NCBI GenBank assembly: GCA_019057865.1 | Contig: JAHLWP010000006.1 | Location: forward strand, 1 to 64,000 | Direction: 5' to 3' | Source of the DNA: Promethearchaeota archaeon | Lineage (GTDB): Archaea > Asgardarchaeota > Lokiarchaeia > Sigyniarchaeales > SOKP01 | Length of the DNA: 64,000 nt | Shown: positions 1-9,594 of the stretch, piece after piece | How the letters are laid out: every line of letters starts with the position of its first letter | Numbering within the stretch: the stretch's first letter is position 1 | Position numbers and translations under genes: made by a program | Notes under the pieces: model-generated | Database searches by the model: none | Seen by the model: only the letters and a program-made list of their open reading frames with translations | What the model was told of the DNA's origin: nothing

Positions 1-50
1 GGTTAATAAATTATAAGAAGAAATTAAATCAAAGAGAAAATGCATTATAC

Positions 51-1928
51 ATGAGCCATAAAAAGAAAAATAAAGAAAGGGCTCTGCCTTTATGTAGTTC
101 AGACATGGATAAAATAGTTGCCCATGGAGCTGTTAATAATCAAAATAATTATTCGGAGGATAAAATCCAAGAATTAAAACAAAGTAAAAATCTTATGAAA
201 AATTACACGGGTAGAAAGATTATATTTGATAATGAATATTTTGGAAAATTTAAAAAAAATGTAGCTATCATTACTGACCATCTATTTGTTGAAGATAAGA
301 ATAAGAAAAAAATATATAGAAAATCTTTAGAATTATTTAATTTTGTAGTAAAAAATGGGTTGGATCCTTCAGATTTAGAAGTTAAAAGTGCTGGAGTCTT
401 ATCAATTGGCTTTTTTTATTTTTCTTTGCTTTTTTATGATTATAAAAAGATAAAAAATGATGTTCTTACATATAGTACAATATGTCGTTCTTTAGGTAAG
501 GATTTACAAAAAATTGGTATTTCAAACTGCAAATCCAGAAATTTAGGAATAGTCTCAAAATTTTTACCAGAAAATTTAAGAAAGAAATATAAAGAATTTT
601 ATTCTAAAAGACTTTATACTGGAAGATTATCCTTTGAAGAATTTATTAATTTTATCAAAGATTTAGGATTAAAAAAGACAGGAATCGAAGGAAAAGTACT
701 GAACCCAGACTTTAATTACAATCAACTAACCATAAATGGTTACCAAGGATTAACATCGGAAGAATATTATAATTTAATCGAAAATAAAAAAGGGACGGAA
801 GTTCGATTTCCGGTATGGTGTGGTAAACATGATCATGCCCCATGGAAAGGCATCCTTTCCAACTTATTACAAGAAAAATGGTGTCGTAAATGTGCGGACG
901 AAAAAAAGATTACTTTCTCACTTGAGAGACTAAAAAAAATTGCACTGAAACGCGGACGTGAAGATACTGGTGTAGAAGGTAAAATATTAAATTTTCAAAA
1001 TAGTGATATAGAACTCACTCAAAAGACATATGATAGATTGACTGCAGAAAGAACGCCAAGCAAAACCCACTTCTGGTGGAGTTGTTGTATTAAAGGACAT
1101 TCCTCATGGAGAACTACACCAGGTCATATATTTTTTGACAAAACATGGTGTCCTATTTGTAAAAAAGGTCTATATACACATACAGAATTAATTAAATTGG
1201 CGAAAATACGAGGTCATGAAGAAACTGGAGTAGAAGGCAAAATATTAGACTTGAAAAATTGTGATAAAGAACTCACTTTAGAGACATATAATAGATTAAC
1301 AGTAAATAAAAAGGCAAGTGAAGTCTCATTTTGGTGGAGCTGTGAAAGAAATCACTCTCATTTCAGGAATAATCCTGCAAATATTAGAAGAGGTCAATGG
1401 TGTCCAATCTGTTCAAGTGCTGAAGGAAAATTTGAAAAAATAATTAGAGCTCAATTTGAAAAAGTCTTTAAAGTATTATTTCCAGAAAGATATCTACGAA
1501 ATTTAAAACTTAAATATACGAAAATGGACATTGGCTTGGATTTAACTAAAGAAAAAGATAAGATTATGTTTATGGGATATAAAGTTAATTTTAGCAATCT
1601 TCCTCAGTTTAAAATCTATAGTGGAAAAATGAGATTTGATGGGTATGCGGAAATTGTGATCAGTGGGAAATTAATTAAAATTGCCTTTGAATATAACGGT
1701 ATTCAACACTATGAATTTCCAAATTATTGGTTTGGAAACTCTATTAGGGGTTATAGATCGTGGTTAAAATATATTGAAAGAGATCAGGTTAAGAAAGAAA
1801 TTTGTAAATTGAATGATATATATCTTATAGAAATTCCGTATTATATCGATTTTACATTAGAGCACCCAGAAAAAATTCAATCTTATATCATAAATCAATT
1901 TGAATTAATTACTGGGTTAAAGTTATAA
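51..1928 (+). CDS. Putative free-standing endonuclease: three tandem Zn-ribbon repeats plus C-terminal PD-(D/E)xK (Vsr/DUF559-like) nuclease domain
   Basis: Three 86-96 aa repeats (TGxEGK.L...WxC..xH..W/F...WCxxC; TG codons at 678, 966, 1224). C-terminus has RFDGY...IAFEYNGIQHY...RDQVKKEICKLNDIYLIEIPY. Confidence 0.75.
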   Translation: MSHKKKNKERALPLCSSDMDKIVAHGAVNNQNNYSEDKIQELKQSKNLMKNYTGRKIIFDNEYFGKFKKNVAIITDHLFVEDKNKKKIYRKSLELFNFVVKNGLDPSDLEVKSAGVLSIGFFYFSLLFYDYKKIKNDVLTYSTICRSLGKDLQKIGISNCKSRNLGIVSKFLPENLRKKYKEFYSKRLYTGRLSFEEFINFIKDLGLKKTGIEGKVLNPDFNYNQLTINGYQGLTSEEYYNLIENKKGTEVRFPVWCGKHDHAPWKGILSNLLQEKWCRKCADEKKITFSLERLKKIALKRGREDTGVEGKILNFQNSDIELTQKTYDRLTAERTPSKTHFWWSCCIKGHSSWRTTPGHIFFDKTWCPICKKGLYTHTELIKLAKIRGHEETGVEGKILDLKNCDKELTLETYNRLTVNKKASEVSFWWSCERNHSHFRNNPANIRRGQWCPICSSAEGKFEKIIRAQFEKVFKVLFPERYLRNLKLKYTKMDIGLDLTKEKDKIMFMGYKVNFSNLPQFKIYSGKMRFDGYAEIVISGKLIKIAFEYNGIQHYEFPNYWFGNSIRGYRSWLKYIERDQVKKEICKLNDIYLIEIPYYIDFTLEHPEKIQSYIINQFELITGLKL

Positions 1929-2154
1929 ATTAATTAACCACTCGATCACAGAGATGTGAAGATATCTTCAATCCAATACGAATAAAATTCCATATTAATT
2001 AGGTATCTTATAGATTAAACGTAGCATCCTGAATTTGCATTGTTGTATAATAAAAATATAGCCCAAAAGCTTTCTTTTTTTTATTTAATAAATTAAATTC
2101 ATAAATTTAATAAAATCATGAAAATTTTATAATGTAAAAAAAAAGGTATATCTT

Positions 2155-3256
2155 ATGGCTTATAGCATTAAAGATGATGTTAATGAAATAATCAATCGTC
2201 TCGAAAAAGGAGATATCTCATTTAAAGAAAAAACAATCTTAGTTACTGGAGGGGCGGGATTTTTGGGCTCATGGGTGTGTGATGTTCTTGTTAAACAGGA
2301 TGCATATTGCATCTGTTTAGACAATTTATCATCAGGACAACCTGAAAACATATTGCACCTTATGGAAAAAGACAAATTTCGTTTTATTAACCACGATATT
2401 TCTTATCCAATATATTTTGGAATGAGTTATCATCCATTGGGCATTTGCATAGGGGATATTAAAAAAATAGATATCGTTATGCATATGGCAAGTCGAGCAT
2501 CTCCATTTGAATTTACAAAAGAACCAATATCAATATTAAGAAGCAATACTCTGGGAACTTTGAATACTTTAGGAATTGCGAAATTCCATAATGCCATGTT
2601 TTTTTATACAAGTACCTCTGAAGTCTATGGAAATCCACCAAAAGAAGCTGTTCCTACACCAGAAAGTTACTTTGGGCACGTAAATCTTGCTTAAGGTTTC
2701 CTACAAGAACGTATACCCAGTAGGTCCCAGAAGTTGCTATGATGAGTCTAAAAGAGCTGGAGAAGCATTTATTAAAGCTTATGAACTTCAACATCAAATG
2801 AGAACAAAAATCGTGAGAATTTTTAATACAGCAGGACCTAGAATACGATATGGACCTGAATTTGGAAGAGTTGTTCCCAACTTCATACACCAAGCCATAC
2901 ATGATGAAGATATTATTGTTTTTGGAGATGGGTCACAAACTAGATCTTTTATCTATGTAGTCGATGAGATTGAAGGGATACTTAAAATGGTACATAAAGA
3001 TGAAGCCATTGGAAATGTTATAAATTTAGGTAATAATAAGGAATATACAATTCTAGAATTAGCTAATATCATAAAAGATTTAACGAATTCTAACTCAAAA
3101 ATTATATTTAATCCATTACCTATTGATGATCCAGTCCGAAGGTGTCCTGATATACAAAAAGCAAAGGAAATTCTCAATTGGGAACCAACAACATCTTTAA
3201 GGGACGGTTTGAAAAAAACTATTGCTTGGTTTAAAGATAATGAGCGTAAAAGTTAA
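2155..3256 (+). CDS. UDP-glucuronate decarboxylase-like NAD-dependent epimerase/dehydratase (extended SDR), spliced: exons 2155-2683 + 2715-3256, 356 aa
   Basis: LVTGGAGFLGS, HMASRASP and STSEVYG lie in the first ORF; GPRSCYDESKR, RIFNTAGPR and GDGSQTRSF lie in the second. Removing 31 nt gives YFGHVNPVGPRSCYDESKR. Confidence 0.9.
2684..2714 (+). other. Putative BHB-type mRNA intron (31 nt)
   Basis: Central helix ACGT(2678-81)/ACGT(2709-12), bulges AAA and ATA, inner stem TCTTG/CAAGA, outer TGGG/CCCA with one unpaired C. Canonical cut positions restore the frame. Confidence 0.85.
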
Positions 3257-3764
3257 GAGTAATGAAAAAACAAATCTAAAGAACAGTAATAAACAGTTTG
3301 AGATTATCTTAAAAATCTGTTTAATTATCGGTATTATTATAATTTCAGGTTTTATATTCTATTACATTTCTACTCCTGAGCCCGGATATGTTACTTTTGG
3401 AATTTTAAATGAGAATCAAAAGGCTGAAGATTATCCTACCGAAGCGGCTGTTAATGAGAGTGTTTTTTTTTATGTCACTGTTGAAAATCATATGAAACGA
3501 GATTTTTCATTTCACTTAGAGATTTTTAAAGGTGATAATGAAACGATTTTAAATTCAACAGGATTATTTGGCGCTAAATCATATTTCAATACAACTACAG
3601 TACATTTAAACCATAAGGATTTTTGGATGTCTAATATTTTAAATGTTTCATTTTTACAACCTGGTGCAAATCAAAGAATTATAGTAATATTATGGGAAAT
3701 TCCTTATAGTGGAATAAGAAGATACGTTTCTTCGCTATACTTATGGTTAGAAATTTTGCCATGA
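3240..3764 (+). CDS. DUF1616-like membrane-anchored protein
   Basis: N-terminal TM helix, then FGILNENQKAEDYP...FYVTVENH...LYLWLEI. ATG 3240 preferred over TTG 3222. Confidence 0.7.
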   Translation: MSVKVKSNEKTNLKNSNKQFEIILKICLIIGIIIISGFIFYYISTPEPGYVTFGILNENQKAEDYPTEAAVNESVFFYVTVENHMKRDFSFHLEIFKGDNETILNSTGLFGAKSYFNTTTVHLNHKDFWMSNILNVSFLQPGANQRIIVILWEIPYSGIRRYVSSLYLWLEILP

Positions 3765-3804
3765 AAAATTAAAATTTATAAAAAAAAGAAAGGGTTAATT
3801 AATT

Positions 3805-4305
3805 TTATTCATAAGAGAGAATACCCATGTTAACATATACTTGTCCATCATTCCACCATTCTTGATTAAAAAATGTTACTTTTTCAACAGTTTTGCCATC
3901 AGTTAAATCATATATCTTTAATACATATACTGGTCCAGTATCATATAATTTAAAAGTACTAGATCCACCTTCATAATATGATACCGTGATTTTCGTATAA
4001 CCTCCGCCATTAAAATAAATTTGTAATAAAAGCCAAGGATCAAGGTCATCTGGATTATTATCCGCAAAAGTAATATAAAAATTAAGCACATAAATAAATA
4101 AAAATAATTCAGTTCCCTTGATTTTATATGCATCATATTGTACATCGGGATAGTAGAAACTCTCAAGGTCTCCAGCTAAATGTATTCCTTTTACTTTCAC
4201 AACTGAAGTCGGGTAAAGATTAAATACACCAAGAGCATTAACAGTAGATAAAAGGAGCATTCCACTCAAAAATGTAACAATACCTAAAAAATATTTTTTC
4301 TTAAT
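3805..4305 (-). CDS. Secreted hypothetical protein (probable ATT start)
   Basis: The frame extends upstream of the TTG at 4269 to ATT 4305, giving the signal peptide (M)KKKYFLGIVTFLSGMLLLSTVNA. AAGGTAG lies upstream. Confidence 0.6.
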   Translation of the reverse strand: MKKKYFLGIVTFLSGMLLLSTVNALGVFNLYPTSVVKVKGIHLAGDLESFYYPDVQYDAYKIKGTELFLFIYVLNFYITFADNNPDDLDPWLLLQIYFNGGGYTKITVSYYEGGSSTFKLYDTGPVYVLKIYDLTDGKTVEKVTFFNQEWWNDGQVYVNMGILSYE

Positions 4306-4556
4306 ATTAAACTACCTTTTTTTATTAACTCTTTTTCTTAAAAAATGAATTACTATTGAACTTTTATAAAGATTTTTTTTTGTAAGATTTTTGAAAAAAA
4401 AAAAGAAGTCAACTTCATATTTAAACTTTTTTGTCCAAAAGTAACATTAAAATCTAATCAAAAAAGATGATATTTTGAAAGGTTTTTTGATCAATTATTT
4501 ATTAATCCCTCATTATTCCAAAATGTTAAATTTTAGCCATTCTGAAGTTTTTTTCT

Positions 4557-4871
4557 GTTAATGAAACTATTACATTTTATTTAACTGTCGATAATTATTT
4601 AAATAAAGAATTTACATTTCGGATTAAAATAAAGAAAGGAGATTATAATACTGTACTCAGTTCAATTGGCTCAAATGGTACTCTTGACTCTATAATTGGC
4701 AATTTTACTTTAAAAAATAACGAGAATTGGATTTCTGAAAAATTAAATGTTTCTTTCTCAGAAGTAGGGGCAAATCAAATAATTATTACTGAATTATGGC
4801 AGATCACTAACGATGATGAAGAAAAATTTTATAATATCTTGTGGCTCAGATTGAATATTACACTAATTTAA
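4557..4871 (+). pseudogene. Orphan 3' half of a DUF1616 paralog (no ATG/GTG/TTG start)
   Basis: VNETITFYLTVDNYLNKEFTFRIKIKKGD...LNVSFSEVGANQIIITELW...LWLRLNI aligns with the C-terminal half of 3240-3764. Confidence 0.8.
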
Positions 4872-6238
4872 CCACCTATTATTTGAACATCCTTTATTCT
4901 AACAAAGGGTGCTTGGAAAGATCCATAGATTTTAAATTCTTTAGATACAGCATTTATATTTTTGAAGAGATCTAAAAGATTAATACCAAACATAGTTTTA
5001 TTTAATGGTTCCTTAATTTCTCCATTTTTAATTAAATTTCCATGCAAAATAAGCCCTGAAAAGTCTCCGGTTGAAATATTAGGAGAATCTCCAGTATAAT
5101 CTAAAAGAATTCCCTCTTTAATATCATTTATTATTTCATCTTTAGAGAGATTTCCTGGTTTTAAAATGAAATTAGAAATGCCAATAGAAGGTATAGAACT
5201 ATAAGAATTTCGAGATGCGTTGCCGGTACTTTCAATATTATCTTTTCCAGCAGTATAACTGTTATGTAATAATCCTGTTTTAAGAAATTTACCTCTTTCA
5301 AATATCTTTTTATTTTTGCAAGGAACTCCTTCACCATCAAATGATGAAGAACCAGGAGCACCATCAATTAAGGCATTATCTTCAATATCTAAATAGTTTG
5401 ACCCTATTATTTCTTCTCTCTTCCCGATCAAAAAGCTTCTTTTATACTGGAAAGTTTCTGCATTAATAGCAGATGCTATTGGATTTAAAATTAAATTAAT
5501 TGTACCAAAAGGTGTTAAAAGCAAAGTTATTTTCATACTTTTTATTCTTATCCTATTTAAATTTCTTTTAGCTTTTTCTAAAGCATTTGATGCAATTTCT
5601 TTTGCATTAATCTCGCTTAAAGTTCTCATAGATTGCCAATCATAGCCAAAAGAAGTTTCATTACTAACTTTATCTTTAACAATTATATTTGAAGATATTG
5701 AGCAACTGGTCTCTTTTCCAGTTATAAATAAACCATTTGAGTTAAAAATATTGGTTTTAGTATAATTGGATAGAAAATTACCAGATTGAGAAATCGCTAA
5801 TTCATCTTTACTGCATACTTGAATTAAATCTTCAACATATTTTAGAGATTCGTCAATTTCTAAATTTTTTAAATTATTATCGTATAAATTCTTCACATCT
5901 GGGTATTTATTATATTGATTAGGTAAGTTCTTAAAATCAAGGTCTATAGTGCCAGCATTCATCATCTTAAGAGCAATACTTATCATCTTTTCAATTGATT
6001 TTTTTTTTACTCTATTAGTAAAAGCAAACCCTAGGGAACCTTTTTTATTAATTACTCTAATAGCAGTCCCATAATCATCTCCTACCTCACTATTTTTAAC
6101 AGAATTTTCTTCAATTTCAATATTAATATAATTATTTTTCCCAAAGAATATTTCAGCACATTTCAGATCAGAGTTACTTCGCTCGGCTAATTTTAATCCA
6201 TAATTTGCCAAGCTATAAACATCAGAATTATGGTCCAT
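4868..6238 (-). CDS. pmbA: TldD/PmbA family protein (PmbA/TldE-type)
   Basis: FDGEG, STGNASR, NISTGDFSG; no HExxH; paired with tldD. Confidence 0.85.
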   Translation of the reverse strand: MDHNSDVYSLANYGLKLAERSNSDLKCAEIFFGKNNYINIEIEENSVKNSEVGDDYGTAIRVINKKGSLGFAFTNRVKKKSIEKMISIALKMMNAGTIDLDFKNLPNQYNKYPDVKNLYDNNLKNLEIDESLKYVEDLIQVCSKDELAISQSGNFLSNYTKTNIFNSNGLFITGKETSCSISSNIIVKDKVSNETSFGYDWQSMRTLSEINAKEIASNALEKAKRNLNRIRIKSMKITLLLTPFGTINLILNPIASAINAETFQYKRSFLIGKREEIIGSNYLDIEDNALIDGAPGSSSFDGEGVPCKNKKIFERGKFLKTGLLHNSYTAGKDNIESTGNASRNSYSSIPSIGISNFILKPGNLSKDEIINDIKEGILLDYTGDSPNISTGDFSGLILHGNLIKNGEIKEPLNKTMFGINLLDLFKNINAVSKEFKIYGSFQAPFVRIKDVQIIGG

Positions 6239-7684
6239 TTAATTTAAACCCCCAACTGTTATATCCTCAGTTCTTATATATGGTCCACCATCACATACTC
6301 TAATACTTTGACCACCTTTTCCACAGATTCCATCTGAATAATTCATAGTTTTTCCGATAGCAGAAATTTTATTAAGTACTTCAAGAGTCAAGCCAGAGAG
6401 GGATACGTCTCGCATTAATTCTCTTTTTTCTCCATGCTCAATTTTATATGAGAGTTTACATTTAAATTGAAAATTTCCAGTAGTAGGATCTGTGTAACCA
6501 TATTGAAAATCTTCACATAATACCCCGTTTTTTGTATCCTCAATTATTTCTTCATATTCCCAATCTTTTGGTACTAAATAAGTAAAACCCATCCTAACTT
6601 GGGGTCTTGAACTACATGAATTTGCCCTACCATGCCCATTAGATGGAACTGCCATTCTTGAAGATGTTTCTAAACTGTGTAAATAGTTTCTTAATATACC
6701 ATCTTCAATTATTATTGTTTTTTGCGAAGGAGTTCCCTCATCATCAGTAAAATAACTGCCAAATAATTCATAGGGCAAATTAAATTTTTTGCCTTGATTC
6801 ATAGTCGGACCATCGATAATTTTTATATCATCCATAGCAACTTTTTTTCCAATTTTTCCTTCTAATATGCTTTCTTTATTTAAAACTAAATCTGCTTCAC
6901 AAGCATGCCCAAAAGCTTCATGTATAAAAGTTCCTGTTAATTTTGGATCCATTATAACGGTAAATTTACCTCCAACTGGAGAATTTGCATTTAGTAAGTC
7001 TACTGCTTCCTTAGCTGTTTTTTCAGTCAAATTATTTGCTCCTTCGGTTTCACTTATTTCAAAACCTCCAATTCCTCCTATAGAATTTATGGATCTTTGA
7101 AGGATACCTTTCTCTTTGGCATAAATTAAACTAAATAACCTTAAAAATGATAAATCTTGAACAATATGGTGCCCAAATGAACTAAAAATCAAATCTTGGG
7201 AGTGCCCATCCAAATATAAAGTATGAGTATTTTTTATTTTCGGTGAATATTCTGAGGCGATTTTCTCATGACGCTTTACTATTTGTATTTTTTCATCAAT
7301 GCCAATATCCTCTAATCTTTTTTTACAAGTAATTTTAAAATTTTTAATTAAGGGGTCTCTATTTCTAATTTTAAATTTATTTTTACATAAAGATTCTGAT
7401 AATTTAGCTAATTTTACTGCTTTTAAAAATCCATTAATTATAGTGTTCCTATTTGGATTTTTTAGAGCATTAAAACCCCAACCTCCATTGACAAAAGTCC
7501 TAATTCCGCACTCGATAATTTCATATGACGATATTTCCTTGCTTTTTTGGTCAGTAAAGTCTAGATTAGTCCCAGTTTTCACTCCAATTCGAATATCCCA
7601 GTAATCAATTTTATCTTTAGCTATTTTTTGTAATTCGTAAGTTAATTTTTCATCAGCAATTTTTAAATCTTCTGCGATATCCAA
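6239..7684 (-). CDS. tldD: TldD metalloprotease
   Basis: HEAFGHACEAD, DDEGTP, SNGHGRA, CGKGGQ. Confidence 0.9.
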   Translation of the reverse strand: MDIAEDLKIADEKLTYELQKIAKDKIDYWDIRIGVKTGTNLDFTDQKSKEISSYEIIECGIRTFVNGGWGFNALKNPNRNTIINGFLKAVKLAKLSESLCKNKFKIRNRDPLIKNFKITCKKRLEDIGIDEKIQIVKRHEKIASEYSPKIKNTHTLYLDGHSQDLIFSSFGHHIVQDLSFLRLFSLIYAKEKGILQRSINSIGGIGGFEISETEGANNLTEKTAKEAVDLLNANSPVGGKFTVIMDPKLTGTFIHEAFGHACEADLVLNKESILEGKIGKKVAMDDIKIIDGPTMNQGKKFNLPYELFGSYFTDDEGTPSQKTIIIEDGILRNYLHSLETSSRMAVPSNGHGRANSCSSRPQVRMGFTYLVPKDWEYEEIIEDTKNGVLCEDFQYGYTDPTTGNFQFKCKLSYKIEHGEKRELMRDVSLSGLTLEVLNKISAIGKTMNYSDGICGKGGQSIRVCDGGPYIRTEDITVGGLN

Positions 7685-7792
7685 GATAATCTAATTGATT
7701 GTTTTAATTTAAATAAGAATAATTAACCAAGGTGTTTAAAAAAGATTGTTTAAATATCCATGGTTTTTAAAAAGGATTATTAATAATAACTT

Positions 7793-8023
7793 TTAAATTT
7801 GAGTGTAAAAATTAGAAAACCCCTTATCTTCCATTTTATTCTTCAATTCTTTAATAATTGTAATTGCTATTTTAGTAGAACAGTTTTTAGTAAATTTTAG
7901 AGATTTTTTAATAAGAAATGATCGATTACATTTCCAACATTTTTTAGTTTTAATTATTCTTGTTGAATAGAACCATTCACCACAATGATAACACCGAAAA
8001 AAATAGAATTTCTGATTATACAT
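7793..8023 (-). CDS. Small Zn-ribbon protein (DUF1922-like)
   Basis: FRCYHCGEW...KKCWKCN. Confidence 0.6.
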   Translation of the reverse strand: MYNQKFYFFRCYHCGEWFYSTRIIKTKKCWKCNRSFLIKKSLKFTKNCSTKIAITIIKELKNKMEDKGFSNFYTQI

Positions 8024-8214
8024 TCCATAATATAATTTAAAGTATAATTTATAATGGTTTAAAGATTAGTAGTTTTCTAATTTTTTTTATCAATTAATAA
8101 GAATGATTTTTTATTGCTTTTCATCTCAAATGAAATATTATTAGTTAATAAATATCTAATAAAAAAGATAATATTACTATCTTTCATTTTTTCAATTAGG
8201 GAAAGTAATATTAG

Positions 8215-9585
8215 ATGAGAAAAGAAATGGATCATAAATTTATTCACCCAATTGAGACACGCTATCGAACTGAGATAGCTGCTCTTTTTACCGAAGAAAA
8301 AAAATTAGAAAATTGGTTAAAAGTAGAAGCTGCATTAGCTAGGGTACATGCAAAGCTTGGTAATATTCCAACAGAAGCTGCTGAAGAAATAAGTAAAAAG
8401 GCAAATATTAAATATGTTAAAGTTGAAAGAGTTAAGGAAATAGATAGACAAATACACCACGATTTGATGGCAATGGTTAAGAGTTTAGCTGAACAATGTG
8501 AAGGTGATGCTGGAAAATATATTCATTTAGGAGTTACCAGTTATGATATTGAAGATAGTGCTATGGGATTACAGTTAAAAGCGGCATTAAATTATATTAG
8601 AGATTCTCTGAAAAATTTATTAAAAGAATTATTAAGAATTATTGCTGAAAAAAAGAACCTAGTCTGTATTGGACGAACACACGGTCAACATGCAGTGCCT
8701 ACTACATATGGAATGCGGTTTGGAATATGGGCATATGAAATTGATAGACATTTGGATCGTATTTTAGAAGTTTTAGATCGTATCTCGTATGGTAAAATGT
8801 CTGGTGCTGTGGGTACAATGGCTAGTTTTGGAAATAAAGGAATAGAAATACAAAATAACGTTATGAAAGAATTAGGTTTAAATCCTGTGCTTTTAGCCAA
8901 CCAAATTGTGCAAAGGGATAGGCATGCTGAAGTTTTGCTTTTAACTGCTTTAATTGGACAGACCCTTGCTAAGATAGCCCGAGAAAACCGGATTTTACAA
9001 CGAAATGAAATAGCAGAAATGTTTGAACCCTTTAAAAAAGAACAAGTTGGAAGTTCTACAATGCCTCATAAGAGAAATCCTCACAAGTCAGAGAGAATCT
9101 GTAGTTTAGCAAGAATTATTAAATCTAACGTTATTCCTGCATTGGATAATATAGTGTTAGAAGACGAGAGAGATATAACAAATTCTGCTTCTGAAAGGGT
9201 GATTTTTGCAGAAAATTTCATATTATTGGATTATATGATTAAAGAATTAAACCGTAATCTTGAAGGAATTGAATTCAACGAAAGTAAAATAGAAGAAAAT
9301 CTTAATCTTACTAAAGGTGCTTGTTTATCTGAAAGGGTTATGGTTGAGTTAGTTAAAAGAGGAATAGGAAGACAAGAAGGACATGAAATTTTAAGAGAAG
9401 CTGCAATAGTTTCAAGGAATGAAAATAAATTTATAAAGGATATTTTATATGAAAATCAAATAATCAGTAAACAGTTTTCTAAGGAAGAATTAGATGATTT
9501 ATTGGATCCACATCAATATATTGGGACAGCGGTCGAGCAAACTGTAAATCTTTTGAAAATTCTAAAGAAAAAATATAATTGGTAA
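8215..9585 (+). CDS. purB: Adenylosuccinate lyase
   Basis: GRTHGQHAVPTT, GSSTMPHKRNP. Confidence 0.95.
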   Translation: MRKEMDHKFIHPIETRYRTEIAALFTEEKKLENWLKVEAALARVHAKLGNIPTEAAEEISKKANIKYVKVERVKEIDRQIHHDLMAMVKSLAEQCEGDAGKYIHLGVTSYDIEDSAMGLQLKAALNYIRDSLKNLLKELLRIIAEKKNLVCIGRTHGQHAVPTTYGMRFGIWAYEIDRHLDRILEVLDRISYGKMSGAVGTMASFGNKGIEIQNNVMKELGLNPVLLANQIVQRDRHAEVLLLTALIGQTLAKIARENRILQRNEIAEMFEPFKKEQVGSSTMPHKRNPHKSERICSLARIIKSNVIPALDNIVLEDERDITNSASERVIFAENFILLDYMIKELNRNLEGIEFNESKIEENLNLTKGACLSERVMVELVKRGIGRQEGHEILREAAIVSRNENKFIKDILYENQIISKQFSKEELDDLLDPHQYIGTAVEQTVNLLKILKKKYNW

Positions 9586-9594
9586 ATAAAAATA

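Noticed and set aside
2396-2460. Possible second, in-frame intron in the UDP-GlcA decarboxylase (extra FGMSYHPLGICIG segment that can form a hairpin)
   Set aside because: The CCAA/TTGG helix is followed by a 7-nt rather than 3-nt bulge, and the frame is intact. More likely a lineage-specific loop.
2155-3256. Sequencing error, pseudogene or ribosomal frameshift as the explanation for the split genes
   Set aside because: The inserts are 31-32 nt of structured extra sequence whose rule-based excision restores conserved motifs exactly. A single indel or slippage would leave about 10 extra residues in the motif.
6766-6804. tldD hairpin GGCAAA/TTTGCC flanked by CTATGAAT direct repeats 31 nt apart
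   Set aside because: No 4-bp central helix, and removal would break an intact reading frame.
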